Assembly (NCBI GenBank): GCA_000002445.1
Contig: AE017150.2
Location: 1,088,001-1,152,000, forward strand
Length of the DNA stretch: 64,000 nucleotides
Reading direction: 5' to 3'
Source: Trypanosoma brucei
Taxonomy: Eukaryota
Numbering within the stretch: position 1 is the first letter of the stretch; every line of letters begins with the position of its first letter. Under the pieces are notes generated by a model. That model saw only the letters and a list, made by a program, of their open reading frames with translations. It was not told the origin of the DNA and did no database searches. A program made the position numbers and the translations under genes. This document shows, one piece after another, positions 41,834-54,900 of the stretch.

Positions 41834-44800
41834 TTTGGGTACTGCGGTAAATAAGGAAGTAGAGATGGTAAAAGAGGAATGAAAGGAAAAACAGGTAAAT
41901 TTAAGATGTGATGACGATAAATTATAGGAAGTATCACACCTGGCAGCAAGCAAGTATATGCGTGTACACGTAATGTTTTTTAAATGTAAAGGTGACGCAA
42001 AGAGAAGTGTTAGTGGGTTACAAACGCACCACGTAAGGTACGATACGGCGGAGTTCTGCAAGCTTGTACCATGACAGTATTTCACTATTTTGTTTATTAG
42101 CATAGACTTCCCCTCTAAAATATGATTTTTATGGTAAGGGTCGTAAATTGTGAGATTGTATTTACGGTCTCACTCATTGGTGCAAACCTCCGACACACTT
42201 TACTTCCTACCTTTCTTAATGGTCCACAATATTTGTGTGAAAGAAAGAGTTATTCTTCAGCTTGTGGGATGCCTTGTGTTTTCTGCCCATATGTGTAAAG
42301 AACATTTAAAAGAAAAATAATAAACTGTTAAAGCTTAAGGTAACTTCAGCCTTACTTGTTTTTCATCTCTTTTTTTCCCTTTGTAACTGTGCTATGGTGT
42401 TACGGATATTTGTGCCTAAGTTAGGAAAGCTGTGTGGATTTGTTTTTTTCTATTTCATGTCTTTCGTTGTATACCACACGCCTGCTTATGTTTTCCCATA
42501 TGTGTACGCCTGTAGATAACAGTGTGGGAGTTTACTCCGTGACTTTTTCTCATAAATGTCGGGAGGCAAATGATTAAAGTATTTTGTTTAATATGTCTGT
42601 ATATGTTTGTCTGTTTATGTGTGTGTGTGTTTGATATGTTCAGCAATATGTTTAGATTATCCAATAATAACTTCTCTTCCTTTCTATCTCTTATACAGTT
42701 ATGTTGTTTACTTGTGACTGTTTTACTTTCAGGAAGGTATATAAATTAAGCTGAAGCAACGTTATGTTTATTTGTGTATTAGGCGCATGAATTCATTTTC
42801 TAGCAGATGATATATGCGTGAACGCATGTGTTTAACTTTATAATGTCTTATACTAAAAATGTATTCAAATATTGCCATGTGAATACCTTGTGAGGCTTAT
42901 TGTATTTTTGTGTCGTGAAATAGTCAAGTAGTTGCTGTGTAACTTTTGTGTTTTTTCTTAAATAGATAATGTGTGTTTCCTTAGTTTAAAATATTTAATA
43001 AATGATTTGACAGCTGCTTGCATGTGAGAGTTTCATTCCTCTTCTTTGCTTAAAAATGTGCAGAGACTGGAATCCTTCATATAAATGATGTGAAATGCAT
43101 AACTTATAAATTGCATTTCCACTTTCACATATTGTAATATTATTGAGTATCAAAAAGGAAATGATGAATCATGTAATAGGAAGTTATTCACAACATGTTA
43201 ATAGAGCAATTTAACTTCGCAGCTATCACAGAACAGGCTTTTTATTGTAATGCTCAATTGTGGAATAAGACATGCTTTATGAATTCTTGAGGATGGAGCG
43301 TTGTAATATTTTTAAAAGTAAACATAAGTAAACAAATAAATAAACAGTTTATCATTTTTGTATTTGCCTTCATAATCACTATAAGCTAAGCTATTAGTCT
43401 ATTAGAAATAATTAATATGGCTACTAGTAAGGCAAAAGACGAGAAATAAGAAATTAATTTATAGGAATGATTTGATAGTTTGAAGGGTGTGTAATTATCA
43501 TGTCTCTTATACTAATGACGGATTATGCTAGAGAGAATGTGATTTGTGAGGTATTTGTGATTCTCTGAAGTGATACAGCGGTGCATGGGAACTCGTCGTA
43601 AGGATAAAAAAAATAAATAATGTGCGGTATGTAATTTTTAAACCTCACATTGATGAGGTTATGAGGCATAAAATAACTCTTGCCATTTTCCCAACGTGGC
43701 CAACAGTCCAAGAACTAGTGTAGTACTGCAGTAATGATACAGTGATGTTAAATTGAAAGCGAAAAATAAATATGAATGGCGTAAAAAGGGGGAAGGAAGT
43801 AGTGATGGTGGCGTAATCGATTTGGATTGTTTTTCGTGACAAATTCTCTACATTCAATGATTCTAGAGGAAACAAGTACGTACCATAGCAGTGGTTACTG
43901 TGTTTCCATAAGGAGTAAGTTATATTTACTGGAAAATGTGGTATTAAGAAATGTTATATGTGAGTAGCAATATACCTCAACACAGAGATGTACGCTCATG
44001 TAATCACTACACAAAAACCTTCCGAATGTTTTGAACGCGTTGACCGGATTGATGCGTCTCTCCAACCTTGAGTTGAAATGCACAACCCTTGAGTGTTGAG
44101 TTGGGATACATATTTTTAGATGTCACTAGAGCTTGATGTGTGGAATGAAACTCTAGAGCTCATGCATATGGCTAATGCTTATCATCGTCGTAACTTCCAT
44201 GTTGGTACGATGATGTGCAGTTTGCTGTTAGTGATAGCCTTCAGTGGATTGTATGGTAGGTGGTGTTTCTCTATTTGTTTTCTGTCACAGATGGCAATGG
44301 AAGCGTCGACTATCTTTTGTATTACTCAGAAGGGAAAATTCTCTTTTTAAGTAATGGTAATGTTGAATCGTTGATAAAATCAACGGAATTATCCATAAGC
44401 TAGTTTTAATTGGAGGAAAGGAGAATAGGAGAACTGCCCACTTTGATGTGTTGCGGACAAAGAAAAGTGAGTGGTATGCATATTTTAGAACCCAGTATTT
44501 TTCTTTCTTATCCGATGTACTTCCCTAATGTTTGGATCTGAGAAATACCTAATGATGATTAATACGGTTAGAGTTAGGGCATTCTTTTGTGATGCTGAAT
44601 ATCGCATCTATTGATAACAGCAATCGATACGCCATACTCAAACATAAATGAATTCTCACACATTAACGCTGCTTCTGGTATCGCCAACCGTTATGTTCAA
44701 TAGCTCGTTACGTGGGAGCATGAGTGGATGTAATGATGGATGCCGCTTCATCAAAGGCAGCTGCGTGATACTTATCTCAGAATATGTCAATGGTGTCGTA

Positions 44801-47098
44801 TTATAGCCAAGTTTAAGTCTAATAATTAATCATAGTGATGTGTGTGGAAAAAGTGAGATTGTACCATTGCAGTGAGTGAACCGCTTTGCTTGGGACGTAT
44901 TGCATTGTGCTGTGTGATTAAGCGCCGAGTTTGTTCACATCATACGTATGATATTTAGTTACTGTCAACCCACCGGATTGGTGTGGGAGGAGTGTAAGGC
45001 ATCGTGCGAGCATGGGACATATGTTTCATCGCAGTGTCACGGAGGTTTTAAGGTATGGTGGAATATGGGAGGTGGATTAGCTATAGATCTCTTTGTGCCT
45101 CCATCCCTTCGTGCTATGCTTTTTCTTTTCCCCTGAAACTGATACAGTCTGGGGAGGCAGTGTGCTCAAGCTTCGCTAAGTTTTTGGAAGCAGGACTCAC
45201 GACCCATCCCCCACTGTGTAATGTATGATGACCAGATTTGTTCTGAGGGAGCATCAAACCAATCGTGTACGATGGAAGTGTAGAATAGGAAGTAAAGGAA
45301 AGTGTATTATTATGTGCAGATGCGTATGAGGCACTGCTCACAACACCTAAAGAAAGCAAAGTCACTCCTGACGGTTTTGATCATTTTATCAGTGTATCAC
45401 AATCTAATCATTTCTGCTGTAGAAGGTTCGTTGCATAGTTGTGTGTATTCTGCTTTCAGAGTTGACATTCTGTCACTTACCACTGTGGCGAGTGATGACG
45501 ATGATATCGTCGGCTTTCCGGTATGGAAGGAAGTATCACTTTACTCTTCTGCTCGTATAAGCGTGCTTTGTTCATCCGTGGAGCGGTGTTGTTATTGAAA
45601 AGGGGATGCTGAGTAGAGTGGTGACTCAACACTTTTTCTTGTACTGAAGACATACTAAGAGGTTCTGTCAGCAGGACAGACTTGCGGTGGCCAGGTGGTT
45701 TCGCGACCTCAGGGACAACTTCCATATTGCACAAGGGGAACTTCTTCGTTTTGAGGTGACAGGGCGCATGCTAGTGTTGGGATATCTGTACATTGGAATG
45801 GCAAGGTCTTCCAGGGAAGGAAGGGAGGTGTATAAACCAGTGAAGGGCTGCACAGGTACTGTGTCAGGTATGAAAGTGATAGAGGTCTCTAAGGAAGTGT
45901 CAGATGTGATTATACTCGGCAAGAGGTTGCTGCTCAAGGTTTTGATTATATACTTTCCGAAACAATCAAATGTTGCGAAAATTACGTTGAAAGAAAGTTT
46001 AGGGGGAGCAATGGGATAAGGGAAACCCTCACTGGATTGTTTTGTCGGGTATACAGCATGATAAGTGGAAGGTTTGGTGGAGAAGCACGCAGGTACACCA
46101 CACCCAATTGGTGGGAGAGTAGTAATGGCCGGGAGTATTTACCGTGAGTGACAACTCCAACAATGGATGCTAAGTAGTTAATGTTGAAATGTTTTAAGAG
46201 ATTAGAGAAAGGAATGACTAAATGGTTGTAGGTACGTAAATTGTGGGAAGCACTGAGGGAAAATGATGTAATGATGCGACGGACCAAGGGACTCGAATAC
46301 CCAATATATTACAAGAAACGCTACTATTGAGTTGGGTGCAGAAACAAGTGAGAGACAAGCTGTTTGGGTAGTTGAAGTATCGACCACTGGGAAGGGTGAA
46401 GCGTGGGCAGGAAGGATCATCAAATCTTATCCTCCTTTCAGTTAATATGACTGAGGAAGCGAGAAAAGAAAAAGAATGGTTGTGAAAAGAGAAATTAGCG
46501 AAAAAGAATTAGTAGAAGCAATTGTGGCGTCAAAAAAGACGTTAAGGGTAGCGTTAGTACAAATAGAAAAGCAGCCAACTCTAAAAAATTGGTTTCCGAC
46601 GTAAAGGAAGCGGGGACAGGTGAATAAAACTATTTAATTTGTACCAGTTTACATGTATGAAAATGACCTCATATGTGTGTGATTTGCTCCTGTTAACTCG
46701 GTGAACATCGGAACTGACACGTTGCTCTGTGCTATTGTAGCAATGCACTCCAGTGTGATATCACTGGAACTATGAAACCTTATATTTCTTATGGCGTTGT
46801 ATCAGTGCTTCCACTATGGTATCATTATGTTAACGTGAGCAGTATATTGTCACGTGGTGGACAACATGTCAACTAGTTTGTTTAAACTGTTGCTCTCTTG
46901 ACAGTTTGTAGTTCGTATCACTCTGTTGTGTGCTTTTTTTTGTCTTGTTTATTCCCCTGAGATATTACTGGTAAGTCCCCCTTTATCCTTATTTTTGCAT
47001 CTGCACTGGCTGTTTAAGCGGAACCCTTCCAATTATTAGGCACAAAACGGTACATATATATATATTACAAGAAAGCAACAGTGTGTAATTTAGAAACC

Positions 47099-48058
47099 AT
47101 GACACGCGCCTCGCTTCCTGTTATTGATGTTTCGCCCCTATTTGGTGGCGAATCCGCAGAAAAGGAAAGGGTCTCCAAGCAGATTGATAATGCATGCAGG
47201 ACATGGGGCTTCTTCTACATTGTGGGACATCCGATTCAGCAGGAGCAGATTGACAAAGTACTTAAGTTAGCTGATACTTTTTTCTCTCTTCCTATGGAGG
47301 AGAAGCTCAAATTGGACGTTCGCAAGGGTAGACTTTATCGTGGTTACACTGCCCCTGGAGTAGAGGAAGCTGATGTAGGGAAGGTTTACACGTACGAGAC
47401 CTTTACGACGGGATACCATCTTCCTAAGCACCATCCAGACGTCATGGCAGGCAAACCGCTCCGAGGACCGAATATCCACCCCACTCAAGTGAGGGGATGG
47501 ATGGAGGGTATGGAAGGTCATTACCGCGATATGTGGGCACTTGCGCTTGTCCTCCTGCGCGCTATGGCGCAAGCTATCGGTTTGCAGGAAGATTTCTTCG
47601 ACTCCAAGTTTATGGATCCCCTTTGTGAATTGAATATAAAGCACTACGTTCCCTTATCTCAAACGAAAGAAGAAACTACTTTGCTCATTGAGCACAGCGA
47701 TTTCGGTGTTATGACGTTACTCTATCAAGACGCTTCAGGTGGCTTGCAAGTACGTGATAGTTCCGGAGAGCTGATGGATGTGCCACCTATTGAAGGAAGT
47801 TTTGTTGTCAACCTTGGAGACATGATGGAGATGTGGACCAATGGCCAATACCGTTCCACAAAGCATCGTGTGGTAGCCACAGACAAGGAACGGTACTCCA
47901 TGCCTTTCTTTTGCAATCCCAATCCGAATGTCATCGTCAAGTGCCTCGACAACTGTCATTCGGAGGAGAATCCACCAAGGTACCCTCCAGTGCGGGCTGT
48001 TGATTGGATTTTGAAGCGATTCGCGGAGGCATATGGGAAAGATTACTCAAAAATGTAG
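47099..48058 (+). CDS. 2OG-Fe(II) dioxygenase, IPNS-like family, copy C (type II central region); 319 aa
   Basis: The N-terminal 55 aa and C-terminal ~100 aa match copy B. The central ~165 aa belong to a different sequence type (DKVLKLADTFF...GYTAPGVEEADVGKVYTYETFTTGYHLP...IEHSDFGVMTLLYQDASGGLQVRDSSG). Catalytic motifs are retained. The supplied ORF starts at a GTG at 47081; the ATG is at 47099. Confidence 0.9.
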   Translation: MTRASLPVIDVSPLFGGESAEKERVSKQIDNACRTWGFFYIVGHPIQQEQIDKVLKLADTFFSLPMEEKLKLDVRKGRLYRGYTAPGVEEADVGKVYTYETFTTGYHLPKHHPDVMAGKPLRGPNIHPTQVRGWMEGMEGHYRDMWALALVLLRAMAQAIGLQEDFFDSKFMDPLCELNIKHYVPLSQTKEETTLLIEHSDFGVMTLLYQDASGGLQVRDSSGELMDVPPIEGSFVVNLGDMMEMWTNGQYRSTKHRVVATDKERYSMPFFCNPNPNVIVKCLDNCHSEENPPRYPPVRAVDWILKRFAEAYGKDYSKM

Positions 48059-50451
48059 GAGTGGTTCCTAGTTTGCATTTCTTTTAGCATTTGCTTTATC
48101 AAGAATGGTATCAGGCCCTGCAATTAGTAGTTGTTTTTCAGACGTGGCTGACTTACATATGCGTAGTATCTGTCGTAATGCAAAAAGTTCTGTGATTTAA
48201 AATGTGGGTGAAGACAGTACGGTAACGTATCTAGTCAGAATGAATATATTTCACTCACTCTTTATTTTCAATGTAGGGAATTGTTAAAGGGGTAATAATA
48301 TTTCTTTCACCTTTCCTCTTCCTTTTTTTTAATTGACATCTTTGTAATGAATGCTGTAAGTCCATCTTTTCTCATACTTTGATATCTTCATCTATTTCCT
48401 TATTACATTGAATAATGCATTAACATCTTCATTGCGATGACAACTGAAGTATTCTGACAAGCAATAGGTGTATGCTATTGTATGTTAGTTTATGCTGCAA
48501 CAGAGTTCTCCTTGGAAATGCTTGTCTTTTTTTTTCACTTTGAGGGGGTTCTACAATTGTCTTTCCCCATTCTATTCTAAGGGTTAATTACGCATTAGAA
48601 ATGCTACCAGTCACTTCAGAGGTATTCCTTCTTACACAAGTATTATTTTGATGCGATCTCATGCAAGGATAATGGAGGTAAATGGAGAATGAAACAACTC
48701 ACATTCTCCACCCACCCAATGGAGAGCATACGTTTTACCATGGAAGTCGCGCTTGAAGTATCTCCCCAAGTAGAGCAAACTAATGAGGAATTAGCACCTA
48801 AGGGCTGCGTTGTTAAATATTTTGAAAGAGTGGGGGTTCGTACGTGAAGGATAAGGGATTTTGAGGGTGCTTACTCTTATTGTGTTTTTAATTTTTTTTT
48901 TGAAAAGGGGGGTGGTGGCCAATTTTATTATGTCACCCGACGAATGGAATTGCTTTGTACCACGCTGTTTGTGTTTGTTACATATATTGGTAAGAAATAA
49001 TGTTTTTTTATGTGAATTTCAATGCGTTTGATGTTTTTTGCCACCGCACTTATGTTGAGTTTGTGCAATTTCTTTTCCCTCCATGCTGAACATACCATTC
49101 TCTATTATTTTCTTATCTTTCATTGTTTCAGCTTTTCAGGGGAAACACATGCATACCCACGAGATGGAATACACTAAACGACACGTAACACTGTGGGAGA
49201 ATGTTATAAATGCATGCAGCCCAATACTTGAGAAATGTGTATTTTCTACACCTTAACATCAATTTTTTTTTTTGTAAAGGACAAACTCACTGAGTGTTTA
49301 GTGACTGCGCTTCTTCAAACTTTTCTCCCTCAAGGCGTATTATGCAGTTGCAGAGAGTCATTTGTTTTCTGCTCCTTCTCCGCTTGCTAATGATTTGTGT
49401 TTATGCGTGTTGCTTCCTTTTTTATATTGTAAGTAATAGAAGACAAAAAAGGGGATATTACATATTACATATTTTATTTTGTATGTTAGCATGGTTGCAT
49501 AATTTATTCTGCTGTAGAGGCGTGTGTTATGGATTGTAGTATTTGGAGAAGTTGTTCGACTTAAAGTTATAAAAGCTTGCCCTGTGTGTGATGGATTTTT
49601 AATTTATATAAACTTGTTTAACTTTACATTAGAATATAAATTTATTTATTGTCATTTAAATAGTTCCCCCATATGAGAAAACTAAATGAACACGTATATG
49701 CACGTATATGTATATTTATATTTGCATATTTGTTGTTTATGTATATTATATCTGAGTAATGTTGGTAAGGTAAGAAAACGGCTGTGTAATAAATCATTTT
49801 TATTTGGTATGCTTTGAGTGCGCGCGCGTGGGTTCATTAGTTCTATTATCAGAAAAGGAAACTGCAATAATTGTTTCATTATTAAAAGTTCTTCATGACT
49901 CGTGTTTTTAAGTTTAGCATTTTGCTATTACTCAAATCATGTGAATTAAGGGAGGACTCATATCAGTATCATATGATGATATTTGAAACAATTTAGAGAC
50001 GCCTGATATTACTCAATACTCTAACTCTTTTTTTTCCTTTCATATCCATTGCATTTATATTGTGATATGATAAGTTGATTTGTGTTAGCATTCAAATGCA
50101 GCATTGTTATTATTAATATTAACTTCCTTAAAGGAAATTAATTCGAAAGGAATGTTATTGTAAAAGGATTCAAATTGCAAGTAGTTATTCAGATAATGTT
50201 AATAATTTATACACAATTTTATATTTATTGTAGTTGTAGTAGTGTGCGTATTTAAACAAAGGTACCACTAATTTTGTAATTACTCAATAGTTATAATGAC
50301 ACAATTCTATTTCTTGATAATTTGAGTCCCTGAATTTGTTTTTCCCTTCATATTTTTCACTTTGCTTTTCTTTTCTTTCATTTCATATATGTTTTTTCTT
50401 TTTGTTATATAGACAAGCTTATTATATTATTATTTCAAGTAATTCAAAAAG

Positions 50452-51843
50452 ATGGCAATGCTTGGTTTCGAGTCGACAGCTGAATTTTTTGTCTATCTCA
50501 CCTTCATCTTTTTTGGGATGTCGGTGATGAATGTGACGAATGCCATTTACTCAGTCCCTGATTTTTTTTCTGATTATTATAAATTTGTTAAAAATGAGGA
50601 AAAAGCGAAACCTGTCAATGCATCGTTCTGGAAGCACATGTTCACGTATTATAATGTTGTTGTGTTTACGATGCAAGTGGTTTTGGAGGCTTTTATGCTC
50701 ACACCATTGGGCCGACGGATTCCTATTAGTTGGCGTCTCATCTTTGGACTCACAATTCCTATGGGTGAGATCATTGCAATTTTAGTGATTCCTGCTGTTG
50801 GAGGAAGTGAAAATTGTGCAATTGCAACTGTTATGATGGTTGCTTTTGTTGGTGGTATTTCCAAAACACTTTGTGACTCCAGCAATGCTGCACTTGCGGG
50901 ACCTTTTCCGACTAAATTCTATGGTGCCATCGTGTGGGGCCTTTCCGTGTCCGGTATGATTACTTCATTTATGGCTATTGTCATTAAAGCATCGATGAAG
51001 GATAGTTTTGAAAGTAAGAGAGTTCAGTCCCAAATATACTTTGGATTAGTCATGCTTCTTCAGGTGGTTGCATGCGTGCTTCTTGTCCTTCTGAGGAAAA
51101 ACCCATATGCCATTAAATATGCTGCAGAATTTAGGTATGCTGCGAGGAAGGATGGAAAGACAGATGATGGCGAAGATGAAAACGATGCAAAGGGAACAGG
51201 GCCAGCAGACGAAGATGGGTATCCTGATGAAAAAGAGAATAAGAATGTATTGAATGCTGATATTGATCCAGATAAGATGAAGGATACGGATCAGGTTGAA
51301 GGCACTACCAACGTTCAGCAAATGCTTGATGCGAGTGTTATGGTTGTGGTGAAACGTATTTGGCCCATGTTACTTTCATGCTTTTTTGTGTTCTTTGCGA
51401 CACTTCTTGTATTTCCTGGTGTATTCTTTGCTGTTAAAGATGGATTAAATGTTAAAAATGGATGGTACTTTACTATTGTCATTGCCATGTTCAACTTTGG
51501 TGATTTCCTTACGAGGCTTCTTCTTCAGTTCAAGCAGCTGCACCTGTCTCCACGCATGGTTATGATTGGTTCATTTGCACGTGCACTTTTGATAATTCCG
51601 CTTTCATTATGTGCAGCTGGTACCATTCCTGGTATATGGCTTCCCTACACCGTTTCTCTCCTTTGGGGTCTTACGAACGGTTACTTTGGTGGTTTAACAA
51701 TGATTTATGGACCACGTACGGGATCCCTCACCACAGCGGGTCAACGCTCTCTTGCTGCCATTTCTACAAATGTATCACTACTTTCGGGTCTCTTTGTTGG
51801 TGCTATGTTTGCATTGGCTGTTAAGGAGGGACTTCCTGAATAA
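50452..51843 (+). CDS. ENT-family nucleoside transporter, TbNT2-family, copy 4; 463 aa
   Basis: Distinct TM1-TM2 loop (SVPDFFSDYYKFVKNEEKAKPVNASFWKHM). Its central loop is identical to those of copies 2 and 5. Confidence 0.92.
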   Translation: MAMLGFESTAEFFVYLTFIFFGMSVMNVTNAIYSVPDFFSDYYKFVKNEEKAKPVNASFWKHMFTYYNVVVFTMQVVLEAFMLTPLGRRIPISWRLIFGLTIPMGEIIAILVIPAVGGSENCAIATVMMVAFVGGISKTLCDSSNAALAGPFPTKFYGAIVWGLSVSGMITSFMAIVIKASMKDSFESKRVQSQIYFGLVMLLQVVACVLLVLLRKNPYAIKYAAEFRYAARKDGKTDDGEDENDAKGTGPADEDGYPDEKENKNVLNADIDPDKMKDTDQVEGTTNVQQMLDASVMVVVKRIWPMLLSCFFVFFATLLVFPGVFFAVKDGLNVKNGWYFTIVIAMFNFGDFLTRLLLQFKQLHLSPRMVMIGSFARALLIIPLSLCAAGTIPGIWLPYTVSLLWGLTNGYFGGLTMIYGPRTGSLTTAGQRSLAAISTNVSLLSGLFVGAMFALAVKEGLPE

Positions 51844-51903
51844 ATTCTCAATAATTGTAAAAATTACAATTAATACAATTTTTTTTTTTAAAAAAGGCTC
51901 CAT

Positions 51904-51924
51904 GCTGGTATCAGCTAGGAGTGG
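51904..51924 (+). promoter_or_regulatory. Conserved 3'-flank hairpin motif (gctggtatcagctaggagtgg), 61 nt after the NT copy 4 stop
   Basis: Same motif as at 20957. Confidence 0.35.
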
Positions 51925-54900
51925 TTTTAACGATGAAAATAATAAAAAAAATAAAATAGGAAAAGATAAGACAAAAAGGGGTTAATTCTAGGAAAGTGAA
52001 TAATATGACACATGGCAGCAAGCAAGCATATACGTGCATATGTTATGTAGTTTTGAGGTAAAAGTGACGCAAAGAAAAGTGTTAGTCGGTTACAAACGCA
52101 TCGCGCAAAGTACGATACGGCGGAGTTCTGCAAGCTTGTACCATGACAGTATTTCACTATTTTGTTAACTAACATGGATTTCACCTCTAAGATATGGTTT
52201 TAAGGGTAAGGGTTGTAAATTGTGAAATTGTATTGACGATCTCACTCATTAGTGCAAACCTTTGATACACTTTACTGTTTACTTTTGATGCAACACAAAA
52301 TTTGTGTGAAAGAAAGAGCTATACTTCAGCTTGTAGCGTTTTCAGTGCGCTTATTTTCATCACATGTGTGCAAACGAGTAAAAAAATGATGTGAACCCGA
52401 AAAGTCTTATTACTTTTCCTTTTATTCCCATGACCGTGCTATGGTGTTACGGATATGTGTGTAAGTGAGGAGTGTTGTGTGGATTTGCTTCTATTATTGT
52501 TTACTTGCCTTTGGTTGTATACCACACACCTGCTTATGTTTTCCCATATGTGTACGCCTGTAGATAACAGTGTGGGAGTTTACTCCGTGACGTTTTCTCA
52601 CAAATGTCTAGAGGCAAATGATTAAAGTAATTTTTTTGTTTAATGTATATCTGTATATGTTTGTCTGTTTATGTGTATGTGTGTTTGTGTGTACGTATTT
52701 GACATGTTCAGCAATATGTTTAGATTATCCAATTATATCTTTTCTTTTCTATTTTCTTATATTGTTTACTTGTCACTGTTTTACTTTCAGGAAGGTATAT
52801 AAATTAAGCTGAAGCAACGTTATGTTCATTTGTGTATTAGACACATGAGTTTATTTCCAAGCAGATGATATATGCGTGAACGCGTGTGTTTAACTTTATA
52901 ATGTCTTATACTAAAGATGTATCCAAATATTGCCATGCTAATACCTTGTGAGGCTTATTGTACTTTTGTGTTGTGAAATAGTCAAGTAGTTGCTGTGTAA
53001 CTTTTGTGTTATTTTTTAGATAATGTGTGTTTTCTTAGTCTAATATCTTTAATAAATGATTTGACAGCTGCTTGCATGTGAGGGTTTCATTCCTCTTCTT
53101 TGCTTAAAAATGTGCAGAGACTGGAATCCTTTATATAAATGAAGTGAAATGCATAACTTATAAATTGCATTTCCACTTTCACATATTGTAATATTATTGA
53201 GTATCAAAAGGGAAATGATGAATCATGTAATAGGAAGTCATTCACAACATGGTAATAGAGCAATTCATCTTCGAAGCTATAACGGAACAAGCTTTTTATT
53301 GTAATGCTTATTTGTGGAATAGCTCATGCTTTATGAATGCTTGAGGATGGAGCGTTGTAATATTTTTAAAAGTAATATAAGTAAACTAGCAAACAAATTA
53401 TCGTTTTTGTTTCTTCCTTCATAATCACTATAAGCTAAGCTATTAGTCTATTAGCAATAATTAATATGACTACTAGTAGGGCAAAAGACGAGAAATAAGA
53501 AATTAATTTATAGGAATGATTTGATAGTTTGAAGGGTGTGTAATTATCATGTCTCTTATACTAATGACGGATTATGCTAGAGAGAATGTGATTTGTGAGG
53601 TATTTGTGATTCTCTGAAGTGATACAGCGGTGCATGGGAACTCGTCGTAAGGATAAAAAAAATAAATAATGTGCGGTATGTAATTTTTAAACCTCACATT
53701 GATGAGGTTGTGAGGCATAAAATAACTCTTGCCATTTTCCCAACGTGGCCAACAGTCCAAGAACTAGTGTAGTACTGCAGTAATGATACAGTGATGTTAA
53801 ATTGAAAGCGAAAAATAAATATGAATGGCGTAAAAAGGGGGAAGGAAGTAGTGATGGTGGCGTAATCGATTGTTACTGTGTTTCATGACAAATTCTCTAC
53901 ATTCAATGATTCTAGAGGAAACAAGTACGTACCATAGCAGTGGTTACTGTGTTTCCATAAGGAGTAAGTTATATTTACTGGAAAATGTGGTATCAAGAAA
54001 TGTTATATGTGAGTAGCAATATACCTCAACACAGAGATGTACGCTCATGTAATCACTACACACAAAAAAGTTCTGAAAGTTTTGAACGCGTTGAGCGGAT
54101 TGATACGTCTCTCCAACCTTGAGTTGAAATGCGCAACCCTTGAGTGTTGAGTTGGGATACATATTTTTAGATGTCACTAGAGCTTGATGTGTGGAATGAA
54201 ACTCTAGAGCTCATGCATATGGCTAATGCTTACCGTGGGCAAAACTTGTCGATGTTGGTACGATGATATGCGATTTGTTGGCAGTGATAGCTTTCAGCGG
54301 ATTGTATGGTAGGTGGTGTTTTTTTTTCTGCCACAGGCGGCAATGGCAGTGTTGACTAATTTTTGAATTACTCAGAAGGGAAATTTCTCTGTTTAAGTGA
54401 TGATCATGTTGAATCGTTGATAAAATCAACGGAATTATCCATAATTAGTTTTAATTGGAGGAAAATGAAATAGGAGAACTGCCCACGTTGATGTGTTGCG
54501 GACAAAGAAAAGTGAGTGGTATGCATATTTTAGAACCCAGTATTTTTCTTTCTCATCTGATGTGCTTCCCTAATGTTTGGATCTGAGGAATACCTAATGA
54601 TGATTAATGCGGTTAGAGTTAGGGCATTCTTTTGTGATGCTGAATATTGTATCTATTGATAACAACAATCGATACGCCATACTCAAACATAAATGAATTC
54701 TCACACATAAACGCTGCTTCTGGTATCGCCAACCGTTATGTTCAATAGCTCGTTACGTGGAGCATGAGTGGATGTGACAGTGAATGTTCCTTCATCAAAG
54801 ACAGCTGCGTGATGCTTAACTCAGAATATGTCAATGGTATCGTATTATAGCCAAGTTTAAGTTTAATAATTAATAATAGTGATGTGTGTGGGAAAAGTGA

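Larger units (their letters stand above)
39105..49200 (+). repeat. Tandem repeat unit 3 (~10.10 kb)
   Basis: Same landmarks. The unit is shorter because its post-NT spacer variant is shorter. Confidence 0.9.
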